From Sinorhizobium meliloti (GTDB taxonomy: Bacteria > Pseudomonadota > Alphaproteobacteria > Rhizobiales > Rhizobiaceae), in the NCBI RefSeq assembly GCF_017876815.1, contig NZ_JAGIOS010000002.1, positions 1,410,001-1,442,000 of the forward strand: a stretch of 32,000 nt of DNA, written 5' to 3'. The number at the start of each line of letters is the position of its first letter. Position 1 is the first letter of the stretch. Below are positions 24,460 through 32,000 of this stretch, one piece after another. The notes beneath the pieces are model-generated. The model had not been told where the DNA came from and did no database searches. It saw nothing but the letters and a program-made list of their open reading frames with translations. Position numbers and translations under genes: made by a program.

Positions 24460-25956
24460 ATGCACAGCCTCGAAAACCCGTTCAACATAAACTCGGTTCG
24501 GCCTTTGAACGATCCGAAAGAGTGCGAGAAGCTCTACATCAAAGAAGTCAACTATGTTCCTTACGCCTTTGGGCTAAAATGGAACTACGCCGACTACGAA
24601 GCGATTGTTTCCCGCTTTTATCAGGACGATAACATTGGGGCCTTTAAAAGGGCGCTCTACCTCATAGACGCTATCGGTGGCACGCAAGCTGCATACGAGT
24701 TCACCAATACAAAGGGACGCTTCAAGTCTGTCCAACTCGGAGAGGTCCAGGATCAGGAATTACTTCTCCTGCTTCTCAAAGTCTTAGGCGAGGCGAAGGC
24801 GTGGCCGGAGTTCGGCTTCGTACTGAACCTCCTCTGCAGCGGTGCCGGCAGAGCCATGCCGCGTGGCCTTGGCAATCCTGACCTCTATGTCCACGCATCT
24901 CTAAACGCGAACATTGCTGCGCACCTCATAAGCGACGGCGCAACCGCTGGAGAGGTTGGAGGCTTGCAGGACACTGTACTGCTGGATGTCCGTGACGGCT
25001 CGGTGGTCTTCAGGGATTGCTTCAAGAACGAAATCGATCCAGGCGGTCGCGCCAAGCCGGTAATTGTCGCGATGATGCGCGTCCGGAACGAGGCGGCGAC
25101 GATCAAGTTCGCAATCGAGGCGATCGCCTCGCATGTCGACCAGGTGGTGATCTTCGACGATCACTCCAATGACGACACGGTCGCTCGGATTGAAGAGTGC
25201 AGATCCGACGGGCTCCCCATCGACTTGATCCGGGCCGATGCTTGGTTGTTCAATGAGTCCCTTATCCATCAAATTCTTGTCGATCGCGGTCGCGAATTGG
25301 GTGGAACGCACTTCATCCAGGTCGATGCCGATGAGGTATTGTCGGATCAAATAACGCCGGGCGTCCTAAGGGCGATCATGTCAGCGATGAGCCCCGGAGA
25401 TATTCTCGCACTCCCGTGGCTGAACCTGACCGCCGACATGGGAGCATACTACTCAGAAGACCGGATCGTCGGCCTTTTGCCTTCACGAGGACTTAAGAAA
25501 TTCAAAGACGTGGGGTTTGCCGACGATGGCTTCTCACAATTCCCTGAATGGCAGTATGCGCATGTGAACGTTGCGCCGTTCACCTACACGAGGAGATTCC
25601 TGAGCCTTAGCGACAGCATATCGCTCTACCACCTGGAGCAGATAAATCTCGTGAATTTCGTCGCCAAAAAAGACTGGTACCGCGCGCGGGCATTCGACCA
25701 AAACAAGAAGCTGCCCGTCGACCCTTATTTGGACATCCGGCTGCAGCTGCTGCAAATGCCGGATTCGACAAGACCGCTTGAGGTCAAATCCCGTCGCGTG
25801 GATAAGGTGAACGACCTGTTCGGCGCCCTAACAGAGTGGCGGATCGAGTCGAACATGACTGCTTGCGACAAATATCCGGCCTTGCGACCGCATATGTATA
25901 TCGACTATGGGCACTTCAGTACGTCCTTGGCCAACAACATTTCGGAGAAGCGGTAA
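24460..25956 (+). CDS. GT2-family glycosyltransferase domain protein with an uncharacterized ~200-aa N-terminal domain
   Basis: The central region reads VIVAMMRVRNEAATIKFAIEAIASHVDQVVIFDDHSNDDT...HFIQVDADEV, a GT2 fold signature with a DxD motif. I do not recognise the N-terminal 200 aa or the C-terminal ~90 aa. The start is taken at ATG 24460; the track uses TTG 24427. Confidence 0.6.
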   Translation: MHSLENPFNINSVRPLNDPKECEKLYIKEVNYVPYAFGLKWNYADYEAIVSRFYQDDNIGAFKRALYLIDAIGGTQAAYEFTNTKGRFKSVQLGEVQDQELLLLLLKVLGEAKAWPEFGFVLNLLCSGAGRAMPRGLGNPDLYVHASLNANIAAHLISDGATAGEVGGLQDTVLLDVRDGSVVFRDCFKNEIDPGGRAKPVIVAMMRVRNEAATIKFAIEAIASHVDQVVIFDDHSNDDTVARIEECRSDGLPIDLIRADAWLFNESLIHQILVDRGRELGGTHFIQVDADEVLSDQITPGVLRAIMSAMSPGDILALPWLNLTADMGAYYSEDRIVGLLPSRGLKKFKDVGFADDGFSQFPEWQYAHVNVAPFTYTRRFLSLSDSISLYHLEQINLVNFVAKKDWYRARAFDQNKKLPVDPYLDIRLQLLQMPDSTRPLEVKSRRVDKVNDLFGALTEWRIESNMTACDKYPALRPHMYIDYGHFSTSLANNISEKR

Positions 25957-27201
25957 ATGTTCGGAAGGCAGAAGTACCTCGCTCTGTGCGACAAGGCATC
26001 GCAGATCGTTCAAATTGCATGCATGGCAGAAATGTTCGCCGGGGGTAAGGGCGCCATCCAATTGGGGCGAGCCGGTCGGGATCTGATCGTCGTGCTGGTC
26101 GATACACTCGGAAATAATGCCACCGCAGCCGGGCACCTACGATCGGCTCTGGATGAAAATGGCTTCCTGGAGGCCTCCATCGTCCATTATGATCGAGGCG
26201 ACAGCATTTATAAGGGCGATTTTTCGAAGACAGTCGGTATCGAGCGCGTCATTGCCGATATTCGAAGAAGGCATCCGAAACGGATTGCCGGCATTTTCTG
26301 CGCCCTGCTTTCGCAACGCTTTGTCAAACTTCATTTGGATGCCTTCCCTGCAGCGCCTATTTACATGCTTGAGGATGGACTTGCGAGCTACCTTGAGATG
26401 CCAATCAAGGCCTGCGCCAAGCTGTTTCATAACTACGCCCACAAGGGCGATGTGCTGGCTCACCTGAAACGTGTCAGGTTAGCGAACCTTCCTCTGACAG
26501 AAATCGAAGCGCCGCGATCGCATCTGAGAAAACGCTATGTTCAGTTTGATCTTGGCCAACGGCAACTCGTCGAAATGAAGGCTGCCGAGAAGTGCTACAT
26601 CGGTCTAAACGACGAGCGGCGCGCAAAGATGCATGCTGCGTTCATCGATCATTGGAAGAAGCGTGCCCGAGATCTGCAAGGCGAGTGGCGACCGCAGGCA
26701 ATCGTGCTCGGTCAAAACTTCTCCGACTTCTGTAAGGGGTTCTATTTCAGGGATGAGATAGAAATGTACGCCGAGACTTGCCGCCGCTTGTTCGAGGTTT
26801 GCGACCGCGTCATGTTTATCCCGCACCCGAAATCTCCGGCGCGCCTCGCGGATATAATCAAAGAGAGCGTTGACGGTGACCTAGTCGTTCATCGTGACTC
26901 TTCGGTACCGGCGGAAGCCTTCTTCCTCCTCGATGAGCCGCCGCAATACGCTGTCGGGTATTACTCAACCGCCATGTGGAATATCAACGAGATTCTTGGC
27001 GGCGAAACGTACACCGCGCTAGGATGGTCCACACGTCAGCTTTATGCCGGCTTGCAGCACGATATCCAGCGCCAAGCTTACCGCGCCGCAAGGCAGAAGT
27101 TCTTTCCGCTGGAGAAGCTGGAAATCGACCACAGAGCAGCGCGGCACTTTGCAGTCGTAGGTGACGTCGGCAGCGAAGAACTCTTGGCCGTAGCTTCGTA
27201 G
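25957..27201 (+). CDS. Divergent GT38-like (polysialyltransferase-like) protein
   Basis: 414 aa, with its ATG directly after the upstream TAA. It shares ordered landmarks with the 10667..11956 product. RDLIVVLVDTLGNN matches DLIIISNGRQAQ, and IYMLEDGLASY matches FFIEEGLSSY. VMFIPHPKSP matches LYIKAHPKSD, and AVGYYSTAMWN matches VIGIASTALVY. Confidence 0.45.
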   Translation: MFGRQKYLALCDKASQIVQIACMAEMFAGGKGAIQLGRAGRDLIVVLVDTLGNNATAAGHLRSALDENGFLEASIVHYDRGDSIYKGDFSKTVGIERVIADIRRRHPKRIAGIFCALLSQRFVKLHLDAFPAAPIYMLEDGLASYLEMPIKACAKLFHNYAHKGDVLAHLKRVRLANLPLTEIEAPRSHLRKRYVQFDLGQRQLVEMKAAEKCYIGLNDERRAKMHAAFIDHWKKRARDLQGEWRPQAIVLGQNFSDFCKGFYFRDEIEMYAETCRRLFEVCDRVMFIPHPKSPARLADIIKESVDGDLVVHRDSSVPAEAFFLLDEPPQYAVGYYSTAMWNINEILGGETYTALGWSTRQLYAGLQHDIQRQAYRAARQKFFPLEKLEIDHRAARHFAVVGDVGSEELLAVAS

Positions 27202-27204
27202 GCT

Positions 27205-27596
27205 TTCGCCTTCTCACGTCATTCAGGTCCGCCATTTCCGCGAACAGCTGTTCCGGGTGGCCCTGGATGGCCGCGATCCTTGCCGGTGAATTCGTGCGAA
27301 GTTGGGCGACGAGTGTCAGGTTTAGATCGCCCGCAACGAAGTTGAAGAACAGCATGTGGGGGCCTTCTCGTCGCCTTGGTGCATCCCAACGTGGATGTTT
27401 TCCGCGACAATCGCCCGCTGCTCTCCCATCTCAAGGGAGTGTTGTTAAAAACGTACAGGAGCCAAGCCACAAACTCGTGGCTGTCGCCATACTCAATCTC
27501 GACCGCAGTCAGGGCTCCGGCGTCGTCAGTACCGTGAACAACCAGCATCTCGTTTTCAGCGACCACGGTCGCGGAAATTGGCGGGTTCAGTTTCAT
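27205..27596 (-). pseudogene. Decayed gene of unknown function (at least two frameshifts)
   Basis: Protein-like sequence hops between three minus-strand frames. The first segment is MKLNPPISATVVAENEMLVVHGTDDAGALTAVEIEYGDSHEFVAWLLYVFNNTPL. The second is EMGEQRAIVAENIHVGMHQGDEKAP. The third is HMLFFNFVAGDLNLTLVAQLRTNSPARIAAIQGHPEQLFAEMADLNDV. Each listed ORF turns Arg/Pro/Ser-rich outside these stretches. Confidence 0.3.
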
Positions 27597-27733
27597 TTTA
27601 TTGCTGCGGTTTTTGAGCGCTGACCCTACTCGATCCACGGCGAAACCTAAAGGCACAATAACGCGCCGTGGGCTAATTGCCTGCAACCTAAAACTGTTCT
27701 ATGCCTGCGAAAGTTGGGCTAGGGAGCAGGCAA

Positions 27734-28807
27734 ATGGCAAAGCTTACGGTAGCGTCGAATTTTAGCTTCAATCAAAGCGATTTCGACTTCAGCAACCTCT
27801 ATTATGGGGCGTCATACACCCGGACATCGACGGTGTTTCGGGTCAATTATTCTGACGGCACGAGCGAGGAATTCCGCGGGTCGGGGTTCAAATATGACGT
27901 GTACGGGGAGCCCTACGGCGGCACAGTAAACAGCTATTCAGGCTTCTACAATGGGCAGCGGCTGTTCATTGTTGAGGGCACTAGCGTGGCCGTTGCGGAA
28001 ATCGTAAATGCTGCTAGTACCTGGAGCACGTCTGACGATGCCGGCGTCATCATCAACGCCCTAAGCGGCAACGACACACTGACGGGCGGTGGCCTGGCCG
28101 ATGTTTTGATGGGCTTCGACGGCGACGACACCGTGAATGGTAACGGCGGCAATGACACCCTTTACGGCTATGATGGGAAAGACTGGATCATTGGCGGCGC
28201 CGGTGGTGACCGCATTGACGGCGGAAACGGGAGTGACACCGCCTCGTATGTGACCTCTCAACGGGGCGTCATTGCCAGTCTCGCAAATGTATCGGCCAAC
28301 ACCACTGATGCCGCCGGCGACACGTACTATTCCATCGAAAACCTGATTGGTACGAACTATGGCGACCAGCTCTACGGGAACAGTGCTGGCAATGGCCTAA
28401 CTGGCGGCAACGGCAATGATTCCGTGGCTGCTGGGGATGGGAACGACGCCATATATGGCGGGGCTGGTGCAGATCGTCTCTGGGGTCAGGGTGGCGCAGA
28501 CCGCTTCCTTTTCAAGTCAGTCGCCGAATCTAGCGGCACGCTGGTAGATACCATCTTCGATTTCGTTCCGAGCAGTGGTGACCGCATCGATGTGTCGGCG
28601 ATTGATGCCAGTGTAAACACTTCCGGAAATCAAGGATTCACATTCATTGGCACCGCCGCCTTTAAGGGCAGAGCCGGAGAATTCCGTTATGTCAAGGAAG
28701 CTTCGGACACGTACATTTACGCGGACGTGAATGGCGACAAAAAAGCGGATTTAGCGATCCATCTCGATGAGGCCGTGACGCTGACCAAAGATTTTTTTAT
28801 CCTCTGA
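27734..28807 (+). CDS. RTX-type calcium-binding protein, probable T1SS substrate
   Basis: There are two blocks of GGxGxD nonapeptide repeats (e.g. GNGGNDTLYGYDGKDWIIGGAGGDRIDGGNGSD). The C-terminus is serralysin-C-like (GDRIDVSAIDA...FTFIG...DVNGDKKADLAIHL...DFFIL). The ATG at 27734 follows AGGGAG. Confidence 0.85.
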   Translation: MAKLTVASNFSFNQSDFDFSNLYYGASYTRTSTVFRVNYSDGTSEEFRGSGFKYDVYGEPYGGTVNSYSGFYNGQRLFIVEGTSVAVAEIVNAASTWSTSDDAGVIINALSGNDTLTGGGLADVLMGFDGDDTVNGNGGNDTLYGYDGKDWIIGGAGGDRIDGGNGSDTASYVTSQRGVIASLANVSANTTDAAGDTYYSIENLIGTNYGDQLYGNSAGNGLTGGNGNDSVAAGDGNDAIYGGAGADRLWGQGGADRFLFKSVAESSGTLVDTIFDFVPSSGDRIDVSAIDASVNTSGNQGFTFIGTAAFKGRAGEFRYVKEASDTYIYADVNGDKKADLAIHLDEAVTLTKDFFIL

Positions 28808-28955
28808 TCGCAAAGCAGCTTCGGCGGGTTTTTTATCGCCTCAAGGTCAGACACTTCCTCTCAACGAAGGGACAGATATATTTAGATCACGGAGCAACTC
28901 GCAGAATGGAACGTCCCAGCAAGGGACGCTCCTTTAGCGGTCACGTCTCGTATTC

Positions 28956-30530
28956 TTATACGATCAAGAAATCGCCCGCAGTGATCGCGAGGTTGGTGCC
29001 GACCGTAGCGAAGTGGACTGAGCCGCCGGCGGCGTTGCCATTGCTGTCATAGTAGAGGTTGCCGGTGTCGGTCTCGTAAATGATGCGGTCGGTCGCATCG
29101 GCCGCCAGACCCGTCGTGTTTTTGGCGAATTGCCAACCGCTCAAACTTCCGGTGCCTACGATGGCAGTGAAAACGCTATTCTCCAGCCGGATAGTGTCGG
29201 TCGGAGCATCGTAGTCCGTGATGGTGTCCACGTTCGTTGCCGCGTTCAATGCAGAGTTGAAGAAGAAACTATCGTTCCCAACGCCACCCGTCAGCGTATC
29301 GTTACCGGCCGCCCCATTCAGAGTGTTGCTGCTGGCATTCCCTATTAAGACGTTGGCCAGAGCATTGCCGGTCGCGTGGGTTGCCGACCCAAGCAGGGTC
29401 AAATTCTCGATGTCTCCCAAGACCACCGCGATGTTCGCGAGGTTGAAGGAATTGACAGATTGGACCGTATCAATGCCGGAGCCGCTATCAGCGTTCTCAT
29501 CGATAATGTCGCTGTTGCTGCTCACGAAATACGTGTCGTTTCCCTTTCCGCCACGCATATTGTCGGCGCCGCTCCCACCGTCGAGAATGTCGTTTCCGGC
29601 AAACGCGCGAATTGAGTTAGAAGCCGAATTCCCGACGATCGTGTCTTTAAAGTCAGTGCCTCGCACATGCTCGATGTTAGAGAGAGTATCCTGAGATCCA
29701 AAGCTGTCGGTCGTAACGCCGGTCGCGAGATTGACGCTGACTCCCTTTGTAGCGCCCCTTTGCACGTCACGATCGTATCGGATCGTATCTATGCCCGCGC
29801 CACCGTCAATTGTGTCGCGTCCGCCAAAGCCCATAAACGTCTCATCGACCGAGGACCCGATCATCGTATCTGAAAACTGCGTACCTCTGAACTCCTCGAA
29901 ATTCTGGAATGTTTCCGAGAAACCGAATTGGTCAATTACCGTCCCGGCGGTAGCGTTTAGATCTATACCTCTTATTGCTGTTGGGTTTCCATACGCATCC
30001 TGGAAGTTCAGAACATCAACTCCGGCTCCACCGTCGTAAGTGTCATCACCGCCGCCACCGGTAACAAGATCGTTGCCGTCATTGCCATTCAGGACATCGT
30101 TTCCAAGGTGGCCTACAATTTCATCGTCGCCGGCAGACCCGTTGAATGTATCATCGCCACTCAGGAGCCAGCTTTCAAGTCCAGACTTGTCGAATCCATC
30201 GGCAGCGTCTTGGAATAGTTCAAGTGATAGGTCCAGGCCGGTTATAGTCTGCACCAAGGCCGTTCCGTTGTTCAGAAGGACCTCGATCGATGTCACTGTC
30301 CCGCCGACGGCGTCTCCGTTCGCGTCGAAACTGAACCCCGTGCCGACCAATTTCAGTTTGAGGCCGTTGTCCAGGCGATAAAGCACGTCCGTGCTGGTGG
30401 TCGTGGAGCGGCTTGCCTTGCTCATGTCCACAAGTTCAGCGAAGGAGGGGTTGACGCTTATGCCGGTGAGGGGTGGGTTGTACTGGTTAGGATAGAGTCC
30501 TGCTGGGAAATGATACGTAATCGTCGCCAT
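28956..30530 (-). CDS. RTX-type calcium-binding protein, probable T1SS substrate
   Basis: 524 aa with many GGxGxD repeats (GNDGNDLVTGGGGDDTYDGGAGVD, GGSGADNMRGGKGND, GAAGNDTLTGGVGND) and a C-terminal ...AGDFLIV. GGAGG lies upstream of the ATG. It is convergent with 27734..28807. Confidence 0.85.
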   Translation of the reverse strand: MATITYHFPAGLYPNQYNPPLTGISVNPSFAELVDMSKASRSTTTSTDVLYRLDNGLKLKLVGTGFSFDANGDAVGGTVTSIEVLLNNGTALVQTITGLDLSLELFQDAADGFDKSGLESWLLSGDDTFNGSAGDDEIVGHLGNDVLNGNDGNDLVTGGGGDDTYDGGAGVDVLNFQDAYGNPTAIRGIDLNATAGTVIDQFGFSETFQNFEEFRGTQFSDTMIGSSVDETFMGFGGRDTIDGGAGIDTIRYDRDVQRGATKGVSVNLATGVTTDSFGSQDTLSNIEHVRGTDFKDTIVGNSASNSIRAFAGNDILDGGSGADNMRGGKGNDTYFVSSNSDIIDENADSGSGIDTVQSVNSFNLANIAVVLGDIENLTLLGSATHATGNALANVLIGNASSNTLNGAAGNDTLTGGVGNDSFFFNSALNAATNVDTITDYDAPTDTIRLENSVFTAIVGTGSLSGWQFAKNTTGLAADATDRIIYETDTGNLYYDSNGNAAGGSVHFATVGTNLAITAGDFLIV

Positions 30531-30755
30531 GCTTTCCTCCAGGGGCCGGGAGCTTCCGGCTAAAAATGAATATTAGAATGAATAAAAAAAGGATGCACTT
30601 ACGGGCAATTATAGGTTGCCATAAATACCAGACGACAGTTCTGCTGTCACATAGCCTATTTGGGTAAGGGTTAGTCGATTGCCGCTGATGTGTCCGCGAG
30701 ATTTAGCGTCAGCCTGCCTCGAGCTATCCCACTTACGCTTTCAGTCAACGGTGCG

Positions 30756-31157
30756 ATGACCACCTTCTGCCGAGCTAGTCCAGGGGCCTTAAGGCCACTG
30801 TGATCGGCTTCGCCGGAAATACCCACCGACCTCCGTGGCCTAGCAACCGTTTCCTTTTGGAGTGTCCGATCACGTATTTTCGTCGGTGAATGCATTGTCG
30901 CGAAAAAGCTTGGAGAGGACCCTGAACGCCTTCAGGCGATCGTCAGCAACGACGACAATCTCTCCTACTGCAGTATCATCAGCGTCTACGATGGCACAGA
31001 CGAGGCACTCACCGCTCTCACTGACGATGGGGTTGACGAGCTGAGACAAATGCTCGCCCATGCTCGCCGCACCGCTGACGAATGGAACGACTTCCTCGAA
31101 GCCTTCGTCGATGACGAAGAGCTCATCGCGCGCATCAAAGCGAAATCTCCGCGGTAA
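30756..31157 (+). pseudogene. Conserved-looking small acidic protein gene without an intact start (in-frame TGA at 30801-30803)
   Basis: The + frame from 30804 to TAA 31155-31157 has strong GC3 bias and reads ...IVAKKLGEDPERLQAIVSNDDNLSYCSIISVYDGTDEALTALTDDGVDELRQMLAHARRTADEWNDFLEAFVDDEELIARIKAKSPR. It has no ATG/GTG/TTG start after the TGA. The only upstream in-frame ATG (30756) is separated from it by that stop. Confidence 0.3.
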
Positions 31158-31545
31158 CAACCGGGCGGTTACAGTCGACCTGACCGGAGCCTGACAGAGA
31201 AATAGCGAAAGCAAAATTCAGCGAAGAGGTGACGACCGTCATCGTGTAATGCCTCGCCTGCTTCGACCCGGCTTCGATCGTCGTCGATGCGGTCACGAAG
31301 GATACAGCGGACGATCACGCACCAGTCTGTAGAAGGCTACCATCCGACGAAGAAGGCCGGCAGCAACCCGTCAGCGAAGCGGAAGGTGCTGCTCGAAGAC
31401 CCGCAAGACCTTCCTCGAGGATACGGCGACCATCGCCATCAGCGACCGGGCGGTCCGGCTGCGCGCTCTCCAACGCAAGGCAGAGAACCGAGCAAGGTGC
31501 CGCGGCGTCATTGCTTGAGCATGCCGGCAATGAAGGAGGAGACAG

Positions 31546-32000
31546 CTACACACACAGGTTTATGTTCATGGACACGGGATGGGGTTCGTACTTCGATATG
31601 GCGCAGACGAAATCCACTGACCCGTTGCCATTCGTTCCCGCGAGGTCGAAGCCAAGCCGCGGATAGAAATCCGACACCATTGCGTTGCGCTCTGTTGGTA
31701 TATAGCGCCCGCGAATGCTGACCACACCGGCTGACACCGCCTGCTCGATCAGGCTGTTCATTAAGCCCTGTTCAACGCCCCGCTCAAGGACGCGGCACGA
31801 TTGCAGCCAGGTGTCGATCTCCCATTCGGAACCCTTCTTGAGGACAATGACGACTCCGATCGTCCCGTGCTGTGCAAACTTATCGTCGAGCCTTATCTGC
31901 CAACCGATAAAGTTTGGGTCTCCCTGCATGCGCCGAACGTCTTCCTCGTTGTAGCGGCGGGTGGTCAGGTTGAACTGGTTGGACTTGTTGATGAGTTGAA
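31546..32000 (-). CDS. FkbH-like / HAD-IIIC family protein (partial; N-terminus beyond the right window edge)
   Basis: The frame is open to the window edge. It reads QLINKSNQFNLTTRRYNEEDVRRM...DKFAQHGTIGVVIV...IDTWLQSCRVLERGVEQGLMNSLIEQAVSAGVVSIRGRYIPTERNAMVSDFYPRLGF. This matches the recalled FkbH C-terminal pattern (TNQFNLTT.RY, D.FGD.G.iGv, SCRV.GRg.E, PT.KN..v..FY...GF). Confidence 0.65.
   Translation of the reverse strand, partial: QLINKSNQFNLTTRRYNEEDVRRMQGDPNFIGWQIRLDDKFAQHGTIGVVIVLKKGSEWEIDTWLQSCRVLERGVEQGLMNSLIEQAVSAGVVSIRGRYIPTERNAMVSDFYPRLGFDLAGTNGNGSVDFVCAISKYEPHPVSMNINLCV

Noticed and set aside
28808-28955. Hairpin GGAACGTCCC-AGCAA-GGGACGCTCC (about 28907-28931) between the convergent RTX genes, considered as a bidirectional terminator
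   Set aside because: The stem pairs at 9 of 10 positions, but no adequate T-run follows on either strand. The T-run at 28830-28836 follows only a weak 3-bp stem. This is not enough to call.
28050-30150. Short-period repetitiveness that could suggest a tandem repeat or CRISPR-like array
   Set aside because: The periodicity is the 27-nt GGxGxDxxx nonapeptide repeat of the two RTX genes. The repeats are degenerate at the DNA level, and there are no spacer-repeat units.
30870-31214. 114-aa minus-strand ORF
   Set aside because: The opposite-strand frame has the GC3 bias and a far more protein-like sequence. This ORF is most likely its antisense shadow.
31215-31545. Possible small gene remnant (frames reading KKAGSNPSAKRKVLLED and KTFLEDTATIAISDRAVRLRALQRKAENRA) between the acidic-protein relic and the FkbH-like gene
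   Set aside because: There is only a vague resemblance to small conserved rhizobial ORFs that I cannot name. It needs a frameshift to join and has no start or RBS support.

Overview
High-GC alphaproteobacterial DNA. The gene content looks like a Rhizobiaceae (Sinorhizobium/Ensifer-type) megaplasmid carrying an rkp-3-like K-antigen region; this taxonomic call is inference only.

Left third (1-7900): a partial asmA-family gene, then a LacI-family regulator divergent from a 4-gene operon. The operon encodes a membrane desaturase-family di-iron oxygenase, a Rieske ferredoxin, a ferredoxin reductase and a divergent PanB-like protein, and ends in a clean rho-independent terminator.

Middle (8084-19908): a group-II-like capsule locus.
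- An orphan kpsM paralog and a serine-recombinase relic sit at the left boundary.
- A visibly AT-richer serotype cassette follows: a putative transferase, a GT38 polysialyltransferase-like gene, neuC, neuB and neuA.
- neuC is cleanly interrupted by an IS5-family element.
- The GC-rich conserved genes kpsE-kpsT-kpsM-kpsS complete the locus.

Right third:
- A nucleotidyltransferase-HEPN fusion gene is wrecked three ways: an IS66-family insertion with an 8-bp target duplication, a frameshift, and an inverted N-terminal segment.
- A second AT-richer transferase pair follows (a GT2-domain fusion plus a second GT38-like protein).
- Beyond it are two convergent RTX/T1SS-substrate genes, two decayed ORFs and a partial FkbH-like gene at the right edge.

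I saw no rRNA, tRNA or CRISPR array. All similarity statements come from reading motifs by eye and recalling family signatures. No database search was run.
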